Part shown: piece after piece, positions 60,715 to 64,000 of the stretch
How the letters are laid out: every line of letters begins with the position of its first letter
Position numbering within the stretch: position 1 is the stretch's first letter
DNA from: Fidelibacterota bacterium
GTDB taxonomy: Bacteria > Fidelibacterota > Marinisomatia > Marinisomatales > Marinisomataceae
Direction of reading: 5' to 3'
Assembly (NCBI GenBank): GCA_045560295.1
Contig: JBJKZL010000004.1
Location: 1,868 to 65,867 of the forward strand
Length of the DNA: 64,000 nucleotides
The notes under the pieces: model-generated
Seen by the model: only the letters and a program-made list of their open reading frames with translations
What the model was told of the DNA's origin: nothing
The model's database searches: none
Program-made: the position numbers and the translations under genes

Positions 60715-61810
60715 AAAAATAGTTCTAATTGCTGGAGAAGATTCAGGTGATTTACATGGCGCTGAGCTTATAAAGGCGTTAAAAAATATGAATACTAATT
60801 ATGAATTCTTTGGAATCGGTGGTGAAAAAATGATCAATCAAGGATTGGAGCCAATTGAACATATTAAAAATCTTAACGTTATAGGTCTTGTTGAAGTACT
60901 AAAGCATTATCCCAGAATTAAAAAGATTTTTAATAAAACTTTATCCTTCATTAAAAAGGTGAAGCCTGAAAAAGTTATTCTTATTGACTATCCTGGGTTC
61001 AACTTAAGATTAGCAAAAAAAATATCGAATTTGGGGATAGAAGTTTCCTATTTCATCTTACCACAGGTTTGGGCTTGGAGAAGCTCTCGAGCAAAGGTTT
61101 TAGAAAAATACACTGATAAGCGCATTAGCATTATTCCACTAGAGAAAGATTGGTTTAAAAATAGAGGTATTGAAATTTCATATGTTGGTAATCCCTTAAT
61201 AAAACTTAAAAACGTCAAGTCTGAAAAAAACGCTTTATGTAAAGCATATAATATTTCACCAAATGATAAAATTGTGGCTTTAATGCCTGGAAGCAGAAAG
61301 TCTGAAATTCAAAAACATTGGCCTATTTTTTTACAAACATTAAATCTTATGAAAAAAAATTCATCTTTTAGTATAGTACCTATTTTAATGGAGGCTCCAA
61401 ATGTTGAAATTAGCAACATTCCTGACCATGTTATAACCACCAAAGATGATCACTATGAAATCTTATCTATTGCAGATGCTGCGATTGTATGCTCTGGAAC
61501 GGCGACTCTTGAAACTGCGGTTCTTGGCTGTCCAATGGTTGTTTGTTATCAATTATCCCATATCACTTGGTTTTTAGCTCAAAAAATGTCATCTGTTAAA
61601 TATCTATCTCTCGTCAACCTTATTGGTAAAAAGGATATAGTTAAAGAATTGTTGCAAAACAACATGAATGCCAACAATATAATGGAAGAGGTTGCTTATT
61701 TATTATCCGAAGATGGTAAGAAAAAAGTAAAAAAGGATTACGAGATTCTAATAAACTTACTAGAATCAAAATCAAACCCATATCTAGAGGCAGCAAAACA
61801 TATTCTATAA
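60704..61810 (+). CDS. lpxB: Lipid-A-disaccharide synthase
   Basis: AGEDSGDLHG, IDYPGFN, PQVWAWR, PGSR, SGTATLE. Confidence 0.95.
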   Translation: MAHKKIVLIAGEDSGDLHGAELIKALKNMNTNYEFFGIGGEKMINQGLEPIEHIKNLNVIGLVEVLKHYPRIKKIFNKTLSFIKKVKPEKVILIDYPGFNLRLAKKISNLGIEVSYFILPQVWAWRSSRAKVLEKYTDKRISIIPLEKDWFKNRGIEISYVGNPLIKLKNVKSEKNALCKAYNISPNDKIVALMPGSRKSEIQKHWPIFLQTLNLMKKNSSFSIVPILMEAPNVEISNIPDHVITTKDDHYEILSIADAAIVCSGTATLETAVLGCPMVVCYQLSHITWFLAQKMSSVKYLSLVNLIGKKDIVKELLQNNMNANNIMEEVAYLLSEDGKKKVKKDYEILINLLESKSNPYLEAAKHIL

Positions 61811-61816
61811 TAAGTT

Positions 61817-62443
61817 ATGTTATATAAAATCAAAATATTTGCTCTAAAATGTATAATTCAATTCCTATATGGATTTAATCAATGGGAAGTGTTGGGTGAA
61901 GAAAATATCGCCAGCTTAATTGACAAAAAGCGATCTTTTATTTTGGTTACCTGGCATGGGAAAGTTCTGTCTGTTTTTAAGTATTTTGCTAACAAAAATT
62001 ATATTGGTCTAGCAAGCAAGAGTAAAGATGGTAGCTTAATTGCAGATGTAGCTATAAAAATGGGTTATAAGCTTGTAAGGGGTTCAAGTGGGAAAGGTGG
62101 AACTGAAGCTTATCAAGAGATGGTAGCATTGCTCAAAAATCCTTCTGTTCAGCTAATTATTACTCCAGATGGTCCAACTGGTCCAGAGCATATTCCTAAA
62201 GCTGGTGCGGTACGCTTAGCAATAGAAAGTGGTGTGCCTATTATACCTGTTATTGGGCACGTAGCAAAAAACTGGGAGTTTAAAAATTGGCATACTTTTT
62301 ATGTTGGTAAACCATTTAGCAAAACAAGGCTAGTGATTGGAGAACCTCTATATTTTAACAAAGAACAATCAATTGATGAGTGTTTAGGTATTGTTAAAGA
62401 TTCTCTATTTACAGTTGATAAAAAGGCGTCTTTAAATGCGTAG
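61817..62443 (+). CDS. DUF374 lysophospholipid-acyltransferase-like protein
   Basis: WHG, SKSKDG, RGSS, ITPDGPTGP. Confidence 0.85.
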   Translation: MLYKIKIFALKCIIQFLYGFNQWEVLGEENIASLIDKKRSFILVTWHGKVLSVFKYFANKNYIGLASKSKDGSLIADVAIKMGYKLVRGSSGKGGTEAYQEMVALLKNPSVQLIITPDGPTGPEHIPKAGAVRLAIESGVPIIPVIGHVAKNWEFKNWHTFYVGKPFSKTRLVIGEPLYFNKEQSIDECLGIVKDSLFTVDKKASLNA

Positions 62444-63431
62444 CGCTATTTCTATTTTATTGTTTTTTTTCCCAATACATTTCATTTTTATTAAACTAAA
62501 AAATCTTTTTTATGATAATAACTTGTTACGCTCTGCAAAAATAAATAGTACGGTGATAAGTGTTGGTAATATTTCTCTTGGTGGATCAGGTAAAACCCCT
62601 TTTACTATATCACTATCTAATTTTTTAAATAAAAAGGGTTTTTCTGTTGGTATTGTCACAAGGGGCTATGGTAGAAAAAATAGTAGTGATGATTTTTTGC
62701 TAGACAATCACTCTTGGAGAGAGTGCGGGGATGAGGCGCTAGTTATTAAAAATAATATATCAAAATCAATACCGGTGTATATATCAAAAAACAAAATTTA
62801 TGCAGCTAAAGAGTTGTCTAAGATGGGTTGTGATATTATTGTTTTAGATGATGCTTTCCAACATCGCAAAATCTTTCGAGACATTGATATTGTTCTTTTA
62901 AGTCCAGATGAACTAATGCATAAGAATCAAAAAACTTTTCCGTACGGGTTACTCAGGGAGCCATTTTCTAATATCGATAGAGCCGACCTAATAATTAGTA
63001 CTAAAGCAAATTTATATAATGGAAAAAATTCAGCAAAATCTGTTCTTTCTCTAAAAACTGACTTTCATGATCAACTATTGTGTTCAATGAAGAATTCTAA
63101 AATAAATATCAAAGAGGTGTCTAAAATAGACAGCTTATTATCTATTTGTGGTATTGGAAAGCCCGAAAGCTTTGACAATAGTTTAAAGTCTTTAGATATC
63201 AAACCATTAAAGTCTTTAACCTTCCCCGACCATCACAATTTTAACAAAAAGGATATAGATAGCCTTGTTAGAAAAATTAAAAAAAATGGTATTACAGCTA
63301 TTATTTGTACTGAAAAAGATTGGGTAAAGTTAATAAGTTTTATGGATGATATAGTGATTCCTATTTATGCTATAAGGCTTAATTATAGCCTAAACAGAGA
63401 TATTGAAGAGTCAATTTTACGTCTATTGTAA
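62436..63431 (+). CDS. lpxK: Tetraacyldisaccharide 4'-kinase
   Basis: SVGNISLGGSGKTP, RGYGR, GDE, LDDAFQH, FPDHH, TEKD. Confidence 0.95.
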   Translation: MRSAISILLFFFPIHFIFIKLKNLFYDNNLLRSAKINSTVISVGNISLGGSGKTPFTISLSNFLNKKGFSVGIVTRGYGRKNSSDDFLLDNHSWRECGDEALVIKNNISKSIPVYISKNKIYAAKELSKMGCDIIVLDDAFQHRKIFRDIDIVLLSPDELMHKNQKTFPYGLLREPFSNIDRADLIISTKANLYNGKNSAKSVLSLKTDFHDQLLCSMKNSKINIKEVSKIDSLLSICGIGKPESFDNSLKSLDIKPLKSLTFPDHHNFNKKDIDSLVRKIKKNGITAIICTEKDWVKLISFMDDIVIPIYAIRLNYSLNRDIEESILRLL

Positions 63432-63447
63432 AATATTTTCTAGATTA

Positions 63448-63476
63448 TTGACTTTGCATGGGTTATAAGCTAAGTT
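63448..63476 (+). promoter_or_regulatory. Sigma70-like promoter for the exbB/tolQ gene
   Basis: TTGACT-17 nt-TAAGTT, with SD AGGAGG before ATG 63508. Confidence 0.6.
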
Positions 63477-63507
63477 TTTGAACATTTAACACATTAGGAG
63501 GATTTAA

Positions 63508-64000
63508 ATGGTAGAATTATTTTTAGAAGGTGGCCCGTTTATGTGGCCAATTTTGTTACTTTTATTAGCCGGCTTAGGATTGGTCGGAGAGCGTGCATAT
63601 TCACTAAATCAATCTCAAGCTGATTCTGAAGGCTTTATGGATGCACTAAGGCAGTCTCTTAAGTCTGGTGGTACGAAAAAAGCTTTAGATGTTTGCGCGG
63701 AGCACGATGGTCCAGTATCAAATATTTGTGAAGCTGGTTTATCAAGAGTTGGAAAAGGGAGTGAAAGAGTTGAAAAAGCTATCGAAAATGCAGGGTCTCT
63801 AGAAATGGCTTTCTTAGAAAAAAATATGGGTTGGTTGACTGCGATTATCGCTATTGCTCCAATGATGGGTTTTACAGGAACTGTAGCTGGTATGATCTTT
63901 GCGTTTGATGCAATTGCAGCAGCAAACGATATTTCACCAGCAGTAGTAGCTGTAGGTATTTCACAGGCGTTGTTAACAACTGCTTTTGGTCTAATTGTTG
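63508..64000 (+). CDS. MotA/TolQ/ExbB proton channel protein, partial (runs off the window end)
   Basis: Hand translation gives MVELFLEGGPFMWPIL...APMMGFTGTVAGMI...GISQALLTTAFGLIV. Confidence 0.92.
   Translation, partial: MVELFLEGGPFMWPILLLLLAGLGLVGERAYSLNQSQADSEGFMDALRQSLKSGGTKKALDVCAEHDGPVSNICEAGLSRVGKGSERVEKAIENAGSLEMAFLEKNMGWLTAIIAIAPMMGFTGTVAGMIFAFDAIAAANDISPAVVAVGISQALLTTAFGLIV

Noticed and set aside
1..64000. CRISPR arrays, rRNA, IS elements, integrases, prophage
   Set aside because: No spaced repeats, rRNA-like segments or mobile-element proteins were seen. Nearly all sequence is accounted for by the listed genes.

Overview
A very AT-rich, tightly packed chromosomal segment from a Gram-negative bacterium. 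Gene content and order suggest the FCB group, plausibly a streamlined marine Marinimicrobia/SAR406-type genome (inference only). Bases 1-14400 are a mosaic surface-polysaccharide region: rfbA/rfbB, Wzz-like, tRNA-CAT, aminotransferase-IV plus sulfotransferase-like, SDR plus an atypical UDP-sugar dehydrogenase, Wzi, SLBB/Wza, a second dehydratase and DegT. A TonB-dependent receptor follows. The rest is mostly core genome: dnaG operon, nfeD-floA, bamA-skp-lpxD-lpxC-fabZ-lpxA-dxr-rseP, mutY, type II glutamine synthetase, the uvrA-ruvB-queA-ispDF-ispE-tRNA-Gln-prs-rplY-pth-hppA-rpsF-rpsR-rplI run, ychF-lpxB-lpxK and a partial exbB/tolQ. I saw no CRISPR array, rRNA, transposase or integrase. Four frameshifts (rfbB, wzz, receptor, dnaG) all fall in the first 18 kb and are probably sequence errors. 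Best leads: a catalytically degenerate DNA methyltransferase heading the primase operon; an orphan protein resembling a replication initiator, with a Zn-ribbon, 16 bp from a divergent Lrp gene; a Cys-less UDP-sugar dehydrogenase coupled to an SDR; recurrent leaderless-type promoters; an unannotated 51-aa basic ORF; and a possible GnnA/GnnB diamino-lipid A route. None of these is shown to be a new system from sequence alone.
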